From the NCBI GenBank assembly GCA_041478735.1, contig JBGOWS010000003.1, positions 1-35,105 of the forward strand: 35,105 bases of DNA. The letters run 5' to 3'. The notes below the pieces were generated by a model. It worked only from the letters and a program-made list of their open reading frames with translations, did no database searches and was not told the origin of the DNA. The position numbers and the translations under genes were made by a program. Source of the stretch: Thermodesulfovibrionia bacterium. Its GTDB lineage: Bacteria > Nitrospirota > Thermodesulfovibrionia > Thermodesulfovibrionales > SM23-35. Below are positions 1 to 9,755 of the stretch, piece after piece. Within the stretch, counting starts at the first letter, position 1. Each line of letters starts with the position of its first letter.

Positions 1-315
1 CCAGCCTGTAATTACAATGATGTCCCTGCTTATAACTGTTACTGTAAGCCATTTTGGTATTAAGTCATAACTGGATAAAATAATAAATGCTGTAACAAGC
101 AGGAATTTATCTGCGAGGGGATCGAGAAAAGTGCCTAAAGCAGTTTTTTGATTTTTAATACGCGCAAAAAGCCCGTCAAATAAATCTGTAAGCGCGGCGA
201 TTATGAAAAGATAAAGGGAATAATCATAGCGTTTATATATTATTGAGGTTATAAATATAGGGATGATAACTATCCTTGTTATTGTGAGTGTGTTGGGTAT
301 ATTTAATACCCCCAC
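1..315 (-). CDS. pgsA: CDP-alcohol phosphatidyltransferase (PgsA-like), runs off the window edge
   Basis: Manual translation from GTG at 315: VGVLNIPNTLTITRIVIIP...ALTDLFDGLFAR...GTFLDPLADK, containing the DGxxAR...GxxxDxxxD motif. GGAGG RBS at 321-325. Not in the ORF track. Confidence 0.85.
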   Translation of the reverse strand, partial: MGVLNIPNTLTITRIVIIPIFITSIIYKRYDYSLYLFIIAALTDLFDGLFARIKNQKTALGTFLDPLADKFLLVTAFIILSSYDLIPKWLTVTVISRDIIVITGW

Positions 316-360
316 TTATGCCTCCATCTTAGACAGATTCAAAATAGAGAATAAAAATAA

Positions 361-570
361 ACCTAAATGTTGCAAACATTTTTTCAATATAAGGGCAGAT
401 ATGCTGAAAAAGGCCTGTAGCAACACCTTATAGCCGCACAGACTGGCCTGCCAGCCTTCTGCCAAATGCACAAACTGTGAGATTTGCAGTCATGTGTATC
501 ATAAATAATATCTTGTTGCATTACAGGGGTTTTTCAGCATGTCTGCCATTGTTTTATGCAACTAATGAGT
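361..570. mobile_element. ~210-bp MITE-like structured repeat, copy 1 (divergent copy)
   Basis: Ends ACCTAAATGTTGCA...TGCAACTAATGAGT. Inner inverted arms GGCAGATATGCTGAAAAAGGCCTGTA / TACAGGGGTTTTTCAGCATGTCTGCC. Shares the core CAGTCATGTGTATCATAA with copies 2 and 3. Confidence 0.75.
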
Positions 571-591
571 AAAGATTATGTAATTCCTTTA

Positions 592-1662
592 TTATGGGAT
601 ATTTAAAGGTAATCCTTGAAACTTGAGTTTAAGTCCAAGCCTATTATAACATCTGTTATCTATTTTTCCATCCATTAAGGATAAAATTGTTGATACATGG
701 CACTTCTCAACAGCAAAATTATTTTTAATTGATTCGTATAAAGATGCCAATAGATATTTCCTTGCAACGGTTTTTTTGCCTTTTAATAGGGCGATTTCTC
801 CAAGTTCAAACCTGCAGTAGATTATCCCTCTTGGATCTTTTGTCTTCTTGAAAAGCATCATTGCCTTGATAAGATAATCATGAGCCATTTTATAGTTGCC
901 GATCATCTTATGAGTTATTGCCAAACCCCATATGGTATATGAATAACTTACCTTATCACCTATTTTTTTATATAGCCTGGTTGCCTTTGAAAAATTGGTA
1001 AAGGCACTTTCATAATCTTTTAACATTCTATGGGCATTTCCAATGCCGCAATAAGAATAGGCTTTCCCGAATGTGTCTTTTATATTGGAGAATAACCTGT
1101 TTGCAGAGATATAGTAATTGAAGGAATCTTTAAATCGCCCGGCAATACGGGATGTACCACCGAGGCCGCATAGACAATAACCGACTCCCTGCATGTCTTT
1201 AATAGATTTAAATATCTTATAGGATTCTTTGAAAATCCTGATTGCACCGGGAATATCCCCTTTTATTCTTAAGGCTCCTGCCTCTGCCCATAGCGTAAAA
1301 GCAATACCCTGCCTGTCGCCTTTTTTCTGATATATTTTTTTTGATTCACGGATGAGTCTTACAGCTTCCTTCCACTTACCCTGTGCCCTCAATGCTAGAC
1401 CCAACCCAACCTTGGCATCAGCAACCTTAATAGAAGCCCTGGTTTTTTTAGCAAGTTCAATTGCATTAGCGTAACTTTTTGCAGAAAGTTCAAAATTGCC
1501 TACCATCCTGTAAGTATCACCTAACGAAAACATGCAGTGGAATATTCCATCCTGGTCACATATTTTAGTGTATCCCTGCAGTGCCTTTTTGAACAATCTG
1601 AGAGATTGCGGATAAAAGGACTTTTCTCTCAGCTTTTCTGCCTGGGAAAGAATGTTATCCAT
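592..1662 (-). CDS. Tetratricopeptide-repeat protein (~40-aa helical repeats)
   Basis: Repeated LG..YR..G....A...Y..A units. Start placed at ATG 1662, which overlaps the rpe stop; the ORF track starts at 1701. Confidence 0.75.
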   Translation of the reverse strand: MDNILSQAEKLREKSFYPQSLRLFKKALQGYTKICDQDGIFHCMFSLGDTYRMVGNFELSAKSYANAIELAKKTRASIKVADAKVGLGLALRAQGKWKEAVRLIRESKKIYQKKGDRQGIAFTLWAEAGALRIKGDIPGAIRIFKESYKIFKSIKDMQGVGYCLCGLGGTSRIAGRFKDSFNYYISANRLFSNIKDTFGKAYSYCGIGNAHRMLKDYESAFTNFSKATRLYKKIGDKVSYSYTIWGLAITHKMIGNYKMAHDYLIKAMMLFKKTKDPRGIIYCRFELGEIALLKGKKTVARKYLLASLYESIKNNFAVEKCHVSTILSLMDGKIDNRCYNRLGLKLKFQGLPLNIP

Positions 1663-2314
1663 TTTTAAGAATTTCTCTAAATTGTTTAATAACTGTTCCA
1701 TAATTTTTAGAATTAAAAAAAGCAGAACCCATTACAAGAATATCTGCCCCTGCAGATATAATTTCCGGCGCATTCTCGAGTTTTACACCACCGTCTACCT
1801 CTATAAGAGTTGAAAGCCCTTTCTCTCTGAGAAGTTTTTTTAATATTTTTATTTTTTCAATGACCTCTGGAATAAATTCCTGTCCACCAAAGCCCGGATT
1901 TACAGACATCAGGAGTGCAATGTCTGTGTATGGCAGTATATGCTCAAGGTTCCATACAGGGGTTGCAGGGTTAAGCGAGACGCCAGCCTTTACCCCGCTT
2001 TCCTTTATCCACTGAACTGTCCTGTGCAGGTGCACAGAGGCCTCATAATGGACTGTCAGGTAATCAGCACCTGCTTTTATAAAATCCCTCAGATATTTGT
2101 CTGGTTCCTCAATCATGAGGTGGACGTCAAGTGGTAAAGAGGTAATCTTACGGATCGACTCTACTATAGAGGGGCCTATGGTTATGTTAGGGACAAAATG
2201 TCCATCCATAATATCGATGTGGAGCATATCAGCCCCTGCTGCCTCGGCTGCCTGTATCTCTTCGCCGAGTTTCAGAAAATCGGCAGATAGTATTGAAGGT
2301 GCTATCTTTGTCAT
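1655..2314 (-). CDS. rpe: Ribulose-phosphate 3-epimerase
   Basis: KIAPSILSADF, HIDIMDGHFVPN, MSVNPGFGGQ and EVDGG motifs. Confidence 0.97.
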   Translation of the reverse strand: MTKIAPSILSADFLKLGEEIQAAEAAGADMLHIDIMDGHFVPNITIGPSIVESIRKITSLPLDVHLMIEEPDKYLRDFIKAGADYLTVHYEASVHLHRTVQWIKESGVKAGVSLNPATPVWNLEHILPYTDIALLMSVNPGFGGQEFIPEVIEKIKILKKLLREKGLSTLIEVDGGVKLENAPEIISAGADILVMGSAFFNSKNYGTVIKQFREILKNG

Positions 2315-2343
2315 ATTATCTCCGGGAATTCATGATTTAAAAT

Positions 2344-3063
2344 TTAAAATAAATTAAAGTGAAATATATTCTCAGATAGTTTTAAGAAGATTTTATCACT
2401 CGCCTTTATCTGTTTACCAGGTGCAGGCTTTTGTGATTCTATTATCTCTCCTTCACCGCTAATTTGTATTTGTAGGTTCAGCTTTTTTATAATTTCATTA
2501 GCCTGTTCAAGAGACATGCCTTTGAAATCAGGACAGTAATAGATTATATCATATGGGCCACGACTGACAAGTATCGTGATATTGGTACTCAGCTGCTCAT
2601 CAGGTTCAGGTTTTTGAGCTAAAATTCTGCCTTTTTCAACTGTGTCTGAATGGACCATTATTACTTTTGCTATCTTCAGTCCTTTCTGAAGCAGTATGGA
2701 TTCAGCATTTGATAGTGTTTCGTTGACCAGGAGGGGAATTGATTTTACACTCGGGCCTTTGCTAAGAATGACTTTTACAGTTCTTCGTTCTTTAACCTTA
2801 TTCCCTGCCGGTACATCCTGTCTAAGTATGTTTCCTGCAGGGACAGTAGAATCATAATCTTCACCCTCAATCTTGATGTATAACCCATTCTTTGTAAGGA
2901 GTTTATTTGCTTCCAGGAGGCTCTTCCCGTATAGTTCAGGAACCTCAACTGTCCGGCTAAAACTCAGAATCTTGAAACTAAGATAGCCAAAGATGAGCCC
3001 CAGTAAAATGAATGTGAGTATATAAAGAGGAAACTTTATTAAATTACTTTTTTCTTTATGCAT
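2344..3063 (-). CDS. Membrane-anchored PASTA-domain protein (3 PASTA repeats)
   Basis: N-terminal TM helix, then VPELYGKSL...Q...AG, IPLLVNETL...Q.P.P and CPDFKGMSL...Q.PAPG. GGAG precedes ATG 3063; the ORF-track start at 3078 lies inside repeat copy 2. Confidence 0.85.
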   Translation of the reverse strand: MHKEKSNLIKFPLYILTFILLGLIFGYLSFKILSFSRTVEVPELYGKSLLEANKLLTKNGLYIKIEGEDYDSTVPAGNILRQDVPAGNKVKERRTVKVILSKGPSVKSIPLLVNETLSNAESILLQKGLKIAKVIMVHSDTVEKGRILAQKPEPDEQLSTNITILVSRGPYDIIYYCPDFKGMSLEQANEIIKKLNLQIQISGEGEIIESQKPAPGKQIKASDKIFLKLSENIFHFNLF

Positions 3064-3074
3064 CTTTACTCCAG

Positions 3075-3263
3075 GCATTTATGATGCAGATGTGCTGGAA
3101 AAGCTCTGCCAGCAACACATTATATGCCTATAGCCTGGCCAGCCAGCCTTTATCCAAAAAGCACTAAAGGTTAAATGTACAGTCATGTGTATCATAATCA
3201 AATCTCGTTGCTTTGCAGAGGTTTTTCAGTATGTCTGCATCATATTTTATGCAACATTTAGGT
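3075..3263. mobile_element. MITE-like structured repeat, copy 2 (left end missing)
   Basis: Near-identical to 11280-11469 (about 9 differences by eye). Right end TGCAACATTTAGGT. Inner arms ATGATGCAGATGTGCTGGAAAAGCTCTGC / GCAGAGGTTTTTCAGTATGTCTGCATCAT. Confidence 0.8.
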
Positions 3264-3797
3264 AGTCTTGCCAAAAAACTCTATTGCCTCTTTAACTTTC
3301 GCTAAATCAACGCTGGTGTTAAGACATGGTCCGAATGGGCGTTCATTTGTTATTCCCAATACCGGGAGCGGATAAGTGTCAACTATTCCGCTGCTCAAGT
3401 CGTTCTCACATGCAACGGCAACAACTGCTTCTGGTTTTATTTCGTTTATAATCCTCCGTGCAAGAGAACCGCCTGTTGCAACAAAAAGTTCTAAAAGGTT
3501 TTCATCAGCAATCTGAATCAGGTCTTTAATCTCACACCTGCCGCATCTTTCACAATTATAAATGTTATAGGTAAGTCTGATGTTGCATTCATTTATCTGA
3601 AGACAATGTGGTAATAGAAGCAATATCTTTTTTGTATGTGACCTTTCTTTTTTAACAAGTTTGTTATTAAGGCTAATAATAAACTTCTGAAAAGATTCTT
3701 TTTTGTTTTTTAAAAAAGACCCGGCGAACATAAGTAGAGGATATAAAATTTTAAGTGTAATACCTCTGACCCATCTACGATTAATCAAAAAAGGCAC
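3258..3797 (-). CDS. DUF116 family Cys-rich protein
   Basis: LLLPHCLQ...C..CGRC...VATGGSLAR...AVACE.DL..G...GPCLNT. Usual position after fmt. Confidence 0.85.
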   Translation of the reverse strand: MPFLINRRWVRGITLKILYPLLMFAGSFLKNKKESFQKFIISLNNKLVKKERSHTKKILLLLPHCLQINECNIRLTYNIYNCERCGRCEIKDLIQIADENLLELFVATGGSLARRIINEIKPEAVVAVACENDLSSGIVDTYPLPVLGITNERPFGPCLNTSVDLAKVKEAIEFFGKTT

Positions 3798-4698
3798 CCT
3801 CTTTTAATCGTCTCCCCTGAAGGAAGGCTTTAGCAGACATCGGTTTTTTGCCCTCCGGTTGAAGCTCAATTATTAAGATTAGCGCTTCTCCAGTCCCCAC
3901 GATAAATTTTTCACCTGTCTTCTCAATCCTGCCGGGTGAACCAGGGCCTTCGAGTACCTTTGCCCTGGTAATTTTAATCCTTTCTTTATTTAGATAACAA
4001 TAGGCACATGGCCACGGATACATACCCCGGATAAAATTAAATATCTCTTTTGCAGTCTTTGACCAATTAAGCCTTCCATCCTCTTTCTTAAAAGAGGCGG
4101 CATAACTTGGAGTCCCTGCCTGGGGGGTTGGTTTAATAGATCCGTCTTTTATGCCCTTTATAGTTTTAACCAGCAGTGATGCACCTAACTCTGCGAGCCT
4201 TTTGCCAAGAGTCTCTGCATTATCATCATCGTGTATTTCTGTCTCTTCCTGTAACAGGATATTACCTGTGTCAAGTCCTTCATCCATGAGCATTGTAGTT
4301 ATGCCTGTCTTTTTTTCACCGTTAATTATAGCCCACTGGATTGGAGCTGCTCCCCTGTATTTCGGTAACAGCGAGGCATGCACACTGATACAGCCATGAG
4401 AAGGGAGCTTAAGAATTTGTGCAGGCAATATCTTTCCATATGCAACAACAACAATGAGTTCAGGCATTGTGTTGGAAAGCCTGTCAAAAAAAAGAGGGTC
4501 TTTTGTATTTATTGGCTGTAAAACCATAATTCCATTATCGATAGCAAATTCTTTAACTGGTGGGGGGAAAGATATACTACTTCTTCCTTTTCTTTTGTCA
4601 GGCTGCGTAACAACTGCAAGGACCTCTTCTCCTGAATGAATGAGGGCAGTGAGTGAAGGGACGGCAAATAAAGGTGTGCCAAAGAATACTATGCGCAT
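3781..4698 (-). CDS. fmt: Methionyl-tRNA formyltransferase
   Basis: MRIVFFGTP, VVTQPDK, HASLLPKYRGAAPIQ and MDEGLDTG motifs. Confidence 0.96.
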   Translation of the reverse strand: MRIVFFGTPLFAVPSLTALIHSGEEVLAVVTQPDKRKGRSSISFPPPVKEFAIDNGIMVLQPINTKDPLFFDRLSNTMPELIVVVAYGKILPAQILKLPSHGCISVHASLLPKYRGAAPIQWAIINGEKKTGITTMLMDEGLDTGNILLQEETEIHDDDNAETLGKRLAELGASLLVKTIKGIKDGSIKPTPQAGTPSYAASFKKEDGRLNWSKTAKEIFNFIRGMYPWPCAYCYLNKERIKITRAKVLEGPGSPGRIEKTGEKFIVGTGEALILIIELQPEGKKPMSAKAFLQGRRLKEGAFFD

Positions 4699-4700
4699 CT

Positions 4701-4779
4701 TAATTTTAAGTTAAAATTATCAATGAGCAATTATCAGGTCAAATGTCCAATGATAATTTTGCATTGATAATTGCTCATT
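4701..4779. repeat. Intergenic palindromes (9-bp and 15-bp inverted repeats)
   Basis: TAATTTTAA-G-TTAAAATTA at 4701-4719. AATGAGCAATTATCA (4722-4736) / TGATAATTGCTCATT (4765-4779). Confidence 0.7.
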
Positions 4780-4811
4780 TTTTTGTAGAGTAGTCCCATA
4801 TCCCACTTTTA

Positions 4812-5330
4812 TCACTTTTTGCTTGTCGCTGTCTTTAAAAACTTTTTATATCGTCTCTTAAAAAACTCCCTTTTAATAGGACTTATCATGTCAATAATAA
4901 GGAGGCCGTCGAGATGATCTATTTCATGCTGCAGGGCTCTGGCGAGAAGACCTGTCCCTTCTATCTCCAGGGTCTTACCTTCTCTATTAAGACCCCTCAC
5001 ATATACCCTTTCGGCCCTTTTTATAGTTGTCGAATATCCGGGGATGCTCAGACATCCTTCTTCAGTCTCAACCAGGCCTTCTTTTTCAATTATTACAGGG
5101 TTTATCAGTACTATAAGTGATCTCTTGTCTTCTTTTAGACTTGTATCAATCACACATAATCTCTTTGAAATACCTATCTGATTTGCTGCGAGTCCCACAC
5201 CCTTTGCAGCATACATTGTCTCTATCATGTCGTCTATAAGGTGCTGGATATGAGAGTCTATATTTTCTAAAGGGGTTGACTTTTCTTTTAGAATCTTTTC
5301 TGGAAATTTTTTTATATCGAGTAAAGCCAT
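4812..5330 (-). CDS. def: Peptide deformylase
   Basis: GVGLAANQIG, EGCLS and QHEIDHLDG motifs. Confidence 0.97.
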   Translation of the reverse strand: MALLDIKKFPEKILKEKSTPLENIDSHIQHLIDDMIETMYAAKGVGLAANQIGISKRLCVIDTSLKEDKRSLIVLINPVIIEKEGLVETEEGCLSIPGYSTTIKRAERVYVRGLNREGKTLEIEGTGLLARALQHEIDHLDGLLIIDMISPIKREFFKRRYKKFLKTATSKK

Positions 5331-5532
5331 TTTTTATTATAAAACATTTCAGGTATATATATAATTGGGCGAATTTTCTTGACGTGGTACTTATGTGCAA
5401 TGTAGAATTTTATGCCTTCAGAAATTCACTGCAGGTATAGAATATCCTATAAGAAAAATTTTGAAATATAAGAATAAGATTGTTTATTATAGATATTGTT
5501 CGGAGTGGTGAGAAATACATTCCACAGAATTT

Positions 5533-7302
5533 TTGCTTGGAGGTTTAGGAATTAAGGATATCAACATTAATTCCAATGAGGATTGGAAGACTTACAGGCA
5601 CAGCACATCCCATATAATGGCTCATGCTGTGAAAGAACTCTTCCCTGATGCAAAACTTGCAATAGGTCCTGCAACAGATGAAGGTTTTTATTATGATTTT
5701 GATCTGGACAGGACTTTTATACCAGAAGACCTCTCTTCGATAGAAAAAAAGATGTCAGAGATAACAAGACAAAACAATCTATTTGTGCGCAAGATTGTTT
5801 CGCGGGAAGAGGCGATCGATCTATTTAGGAAAAAAGGTGAGTATTACAAGGTTGAACTTCTCGATGAGATAACAGACGAAGAGGTCTCTTTATACGAAGA
5901 AGGCGATTTTATAGACCTTTGCAGGGGGCCTCATATCAACTCTACAGGCCAGGTTTCTGCATTTAAATTATTGAGTATTGCAGGTGCATATTGGCGCGGG
6001 GATGAAAAGAATAAGATGCTCCAGAGGATTTATGGTACAGCGTTTACAGAGGAGAAGGATTTAAAGAAATACCTCGATTTCCTTGAGGAAGTTAAGAAAA
6101 GGGACCACAGAAGGCTTGGCAGGGAACTTGATCTGTTCAGCGTCAGTGAGGAAATAGGTGCTGGACTTATCATCTGGCACCCAAACGGTGCATTGATAAG
6201 AAGGACAATAGAAAATTTCTGGCTGGATGAACATTATAAGGCGGATTACAAAATTCTTTATACCCCTCATATAGCTAAACTAAATCTATGGCAGAAGAGC
6301 GGCCACCTGGATTTTTACAGGGAGAATATGTATTCTCCAATGGAGATCGAGGGGGTAGACTATGAGATTAAGCCTATGAATTGTCCTTTCCACATTCATG
6401 TATATAAAACTTCATTGAGGAGTTATAAGGACCTTCCAATAAGATATGCTGAATTAGGAACGGTCTATAGGTATGAACGTTCTGGCGTACTACATGGCCT
6501 TTTACGTGTCAGAGGTTTTACACAGGACGATGCACATATATTCTGCAGGGATGAACAGATAGAGGATGAGATACTGAGTGTCCTTGAGTTTACTCTCTTC
6601 ATACTGAAGGTCTTTGGTTTTGAGCACTATGATATTTATCTTTCTACAAGACCTGAAAAGTATGTTGGAAGTCTTGAGAACTGGGAAAGGTCAACCAATG
6701 CCCTTAAAAAGGCGCTTGAATTAAAGGGGCTTTCATATGAGATAGATATGGGAGAGGGCGTTTTTTATGGTCCTAAAATAGACATAAAAGTTAAAGATTC
6801 TCTTAACAGGCCCTGGCAGTGCAGCACTATACAGGTTGATTTCAATAACCCCGAAAGGTTTGATATAAAATACAGAGGAAGTGATGGCAAAGAACACAGG
6901 CCTATAATGATACACAGGGCGTTGATGGGGTCTTTAGAGAGGTTTTTCGGGATACTGATAGAACATTATGCAGGGGCATTTCCTCTATGGCTTGCACCTG
7001 TGCAGGTTGAGATACTTACAATTGCTGAGAGGCATACTGATTATGCGTTATCCTTACATAAAAAGTTGAGATCAGAAGGAATAAGGACTATACTAAATGT
7101 TGACAACGAAAAGATTGGCTATAAAATCAGGAATGCTACTATAAGGAAAGTGCCATATTTGGTTATAATAGGGGATAAGGAAGAATCAGAAAAGAAGGTT
7201 ACTGTCAGAAAACGTACAGGTGAAAATATAGGCCCATTCACAATAGATGAATTTATCAATAGAATAAAAGTCATGCAAAGGGATAAGAGTTTAGAAATTT
7301 GA
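5533..7302 (+). CDS. thrS: Threonine--tRNA ligase lacking the N-terminal TGS domain; true start may be ATT at 5551
   Basis: RHSTSHIMA, DLCRGPH, KRDHRRLG, KPMNCP, LLRVRGFTQDDAH, FYGPKID and HRALMGSLERF motifs. Confidence 0.97.
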   Translation: MLGGLGIKDININSNEDWKTYRHSTSHIMAHAVKELFPDAKLAIGPATDEGFYYDFDLDRTFIPEDLSSIEKKMSEITRQNNLFVRKIVSREEAIDLFRKKGEYYKVELLDEITDEEVSLYEEGDFIDLCRGPHINSTGQVSAFKLLSIAGAYWRGDEKNKMLQRIYGTAFTEEKDLKKYLDFLEEVKKRDHRRLGRELDLFSVSEEIGAGLIIWHPNGALIRRTIENFWLDEHYKADYKILYTPHIAKLNLWQKSGHLDFYRENMYSPMEIEGVDYEIKPMNCPFHIHVYKTSLRSYKDLPIRYAELGTVYRYERSGVLHGLLRVRGFTQDDAHIFCRDEQIEDEILSVLEFTLFILKVFGFEHYDIYLSTRPEKYVGSLENWERSTNALKKALELKGLSYEIDMGEGVFYGPKIDIKVKDSLNRPWQCSTIQVDFNNPERFDIKYRGSDGKEHRPIMIHRALMGSLERFFGILIEHYAGAFPLWLAPVQVEILTIAERHTDYALSLHKKLRSEGIRTILNVDNEKIGYKIRNATIRKVPYLVIIGDKEESEKKVTVRKRTGENIGPFTIDEFINRIKVMQRDKSLEI

Positions 7303-7419
7303 ATTTTAGATTTTTCAAATTAAGTGTATAATTTTTGTAAAAGTTTTTTTCTAAAGTATTCGACTAAAGAATAGATTTATAAATTGGAGTTTTGAAGTCA
7401 AGATTCAGGAGGTGAGAGT

Positions 7420-7914
7420 ATAACTAGTAATATAAGAGTTAATGAACAGATAAGAGCGAAGGAAGTCAGGCTGATAGACGTTGATGGAACGCAACTTGGT
7501 GTTGTACCATTAAGCGATGCATTAAAGATTGCTGACGAAAGAGATCTTGACCTCGTAGAAGTAGCATCAAATGTTGTCCCTCCGGTCTGTAAGGTATTAG
7601 ATTTTGGAAAATACAGGTACCAGTTAAGCAAGAGGCAGACACAGAGGAAAACGATCGGGGTTAAAGAGATCAAGATCAGGCCTCAAATAACAGAAAACGA
7701 TCTCGGGCTGAAGGTGAAAAATGTCAGACGTTTTCTTGATGATGGTAACAAGGCTAAGATAACGATGTTTTTTAGAGGCAGGGAGATTGTCAGGCCTGAA
7801 TTGGGTATGAAGGTATTCGAAAGGATGATTCAATTACTTACCGGAAAGTTTAACATTGAACAGGGACCAAAACTTTTAGGTAAAAGTATAACAATGGTTA
7901 TCGCGCCGAAGTAA
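7420..7914 (+). CDS. infC: Translation initiation factor IF-3 (ATA start)
   Basis: AGGAGGTG at 7407-7414, then ATA ACT AGT AAT ATA AGA GTT AAT GAA CAG (..IRVNEQIRAKEVRLID..PPVCKVLDFGKY). In frame with track ORF 7714-7914. A non-canonical start is typical of infC. Confidence 0.93.
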   Translation: MTSNIRVNEQIRAKEVRLIDVDGTQLGVVPLSDALKIADERDLDLVEVASNVVPPVCKVLDFGKYRYQLSKRQTQRKTIGVKEIKIRPQITENDLGLKVKNVRRFLDDGNKAKITMFFRGREIVRPELGMKVFERMIQLLTGKFNIEQGPKLLGKSITMVIAPK

Positions 7915-7951
7915 TCAGTGTAAGTTAAGGATATAAGTGGAGGAAGATGAA

Positions 7952-8149
7952 ATGCCAAAGATTAAAACCCATAGAGGGGCAGCAAAGAGATTTAAAGTTA
8001 CAGGTACAGGGAAGATAATGAGATGGAAAGGGTATAAGAGCCATCTTCTTACTGGAAAATCTTCAAAGAGGACAAAAAAGTTGAGAAAAGCGGCTTTAGT
8101 TTCTGATAGTGATTATGCTAATAGTAAAAGACTTATACCATACTTATAA
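7952..8149 (+). CDS. rpmI: 50S ribosomal protein L35
   Basis: [21 protein letters not shown]; located between infC and rplT. Confidence 0.97.
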   Translation: MPKIKTHRGAAKRFKVTGTGKIMRWKGYKSHLLTGKSSKRTKKLRKAALVSDSDYANSKRLIPYL

Positions 8150-8151
8150 AA

Positions 8152-8242
8152 AAGTTAAGAGTGTTAAGTTATAAGTTGAAAGTTTTAAGAAATCAAACTA
8201 TTTAATTTAAAACTTAGAACTTAAAATAGAGAACTCAGAACT
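8152..8242. repeat. Heptamer-periodic imperfect palindrome (AAGTT.. arm / ..AACT arm)
   Basis: AAGTTAT AAGTTGA AAGTTTT ... AACTTAG AACTTAA ... AACTCAG AACTGAT between rpmI and rplT. Confidence 0.6.
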
Positions 8243-8260
8243 GATATTTGGGAGGAATAG

Positions 8261-8608
8261 ATGCCAAGGGCAAAAGGTGGATTTAAGACAAGGAGAAGAA
8301 GAAAGAAGGTATTAGAAAGGGCGAAAGGCTACTATGGATCTAAAAGCCGCCTTTACAGGGTTGCTACAGAAGCTGTTGATAAGGCGCTGCAATATGCATA
8401 TAGGGATCGTAGAGCGAAGAAGCGGGAATTTCGGTCTCTCTGGATTATCAGGATAAATGCTGCTGTACGTGCGTTTGGGCTTAGTTATAGCCAGTTTATG
8501 TCAAGACTGAAGAATGCAAATATAGCATTAAACAGGAAAGCGCTTGCGGATATGGCTTACAATGATCCATCTGCTTTCAGTCAACTCGTAGAAAAAGTAA
8601 AAAATTAA
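8261..8608 (+). CDS. rplT: 50S ribosomal protein L20
   Basis: MPRAKGG...AKGYYG...[24 protein letters not shown]. Confidence 0.97.
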   Translation: MPRAKGGFKTRRRRKKVLERAKGYYGSKSRLYRVATEAVDKALQYAYRDRRAKKREFRSLWIIRINAAVRAFGLSYSQFMSRLKNANIALNRKALADMAYNDPSAFSQLVEKVKN

Positions 8609-8616
8609 ATTAAGAA

Positions 8617-9630
8617 GTGGAGTACCTCCTTTCTCTAAAAAATTCATTTCTTGAAGAATCAAAATCAGCCACATCTTTAGCTAAACTCCAGCAGCTAAGG
8701 ATAAAATATTTAGGTAAAAAGGGTCTTGTTACATCAAAACTTAAGACCCTTTCCACAATCGCTCCCGAGTTAAGACCGGCATACGGCAAAGCAATCAATG
8801 AAGTTAAGGATTATATCGAAGAAGAAATAAACAGGTTGGAGGCTCTTCTTAAAAAAGAAGAGCACAAGAAGCGCATCCTATCAGAGGCAATAGATATAAC
8901 CCTGCCAGGGAAGTTTACACCGTTTGGGAGAGAGCATCCTATTAATAAAGTACTTTCTGAAATAATCGGGATATTTGTTTCAATGGGTTTCGAGGTTGAA
9001 GAGGGCCCTGAGGTAGAACTCGACTATTATAATTTTGAAGCATTAAATATGCCGAAGGACCATTCTGCCAGGGACATGCAGGATACATTTTATATTTCTG
9101 ATGATATTGTCCTCAGGACCCACACCTCTCCTGTCCAGATAAGGGTTATGGAAAAAAGGAAGCCACCTTTAAAGGTTATTGCTCCTGGAAAAGTCTACAG
9201 GTGCGATGCAGATGTATCCCATACCCCGATGTTCCACCAGGTAGAGGGGTTCATGGTTGATACAGATATCGCATTCAGCGATCTCAAGGGGGTATTGGAA
9301 TCAGTTATCCACAGCTTTTTTGGTGTGGAGACCCCTGTTAGATTCAGGCCGAGTTTTTTCCCGTTTACAGAGCCGAGTGCTGAGGTGGATATAGGGTGCA
9401 TTTTCTGTTCCGGGAAGGGATGCAGGGTGTGTAAGAGCACGGGATGGCTTGAGATATTAGGCGCGGGTATGATAAATCCGAATGTGTTCGAGATGGTCGG
9501 GTACGACCCTGAGATTTATTCAGGGTTTGCATTTGGAATGGGTGTGGAGAGGATGACCATGCTCAAGTATTCTATAGATGATATAAGACTGTTCTTTGAG
9601 AATGATATGCGGTTCTTAAGGCAGTTTTGA
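8617..9630 (+). CDS. pheS: Phenylalanine--tRNA ligase alpha subunit
   Basis: [33 protein letters not shown] and [10 protein letters not shown] motifs. Confidence 0.97.
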   Translation: MEYLLSLKNSFLEESKSATSLAKLQQLRIKYLGKKGLVTSKLKTLSTIAPELRPAYGKAINEVKDYIEEEINRLEALLKKEEHKKRILSEAIDITLPGKFTPFGREHPINKVLSEIIGIFVSMGFEVEEGPEVELDYYNFEALNMPKDHSARDMQDTFYISDDIVLRTHTSPVQIRVMEKRKPPLKVIAPGKVYRCDADVSHTPMFHQVEGFMVDTDIAFSDLKGVLESVIHSFFGVETPVRFRPSFFPFTEPSAEVDIGCIFCSGKGCRVCKSTGWLEILGAGMINPNVFEMVGYDPEIYSGFAFGMGVERMTMLKYSIDDIRLFFENDMRFLRQF

Positions 9631-9670
9631 TGAAATAAAGTTGTCAGGTGTATTTTTCGTGTCGATTTAG

Positions 9671-9741
9671 GCATAACGCCTTGCGGGTAGCCGTTTGCCT
9701 TACACTTCTCAGGACTAAAAAATCCGCAGTGTTTGTTGGGC
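9671..9741. other. attC-like imperfect palindrome just downstream of the MetF-like gene
   Basis: Minus strand reads GCCCAAC (RYYYAAC)...TGCGG...CCGCA...GTTATGC. 71 bp, starting 15 bp after the stop. Central pairing is weak. Confidence 0.4.
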
Positions 9742-9755
9742 TCAGTTGTCGAATA

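Noticed and set aside
3075-3263. The 210-bp element as 6S RNA
   Set aside because: Size and rod shape fit, but three dispersed copies with TIRs at stop codons and no clear large central bubble argue against it. An Rfam search would settle it.
5331-5532. T-box or attenuator upstream of thrS
   Set aside because: No T-box consensus or terminator/antiterminator is visible.
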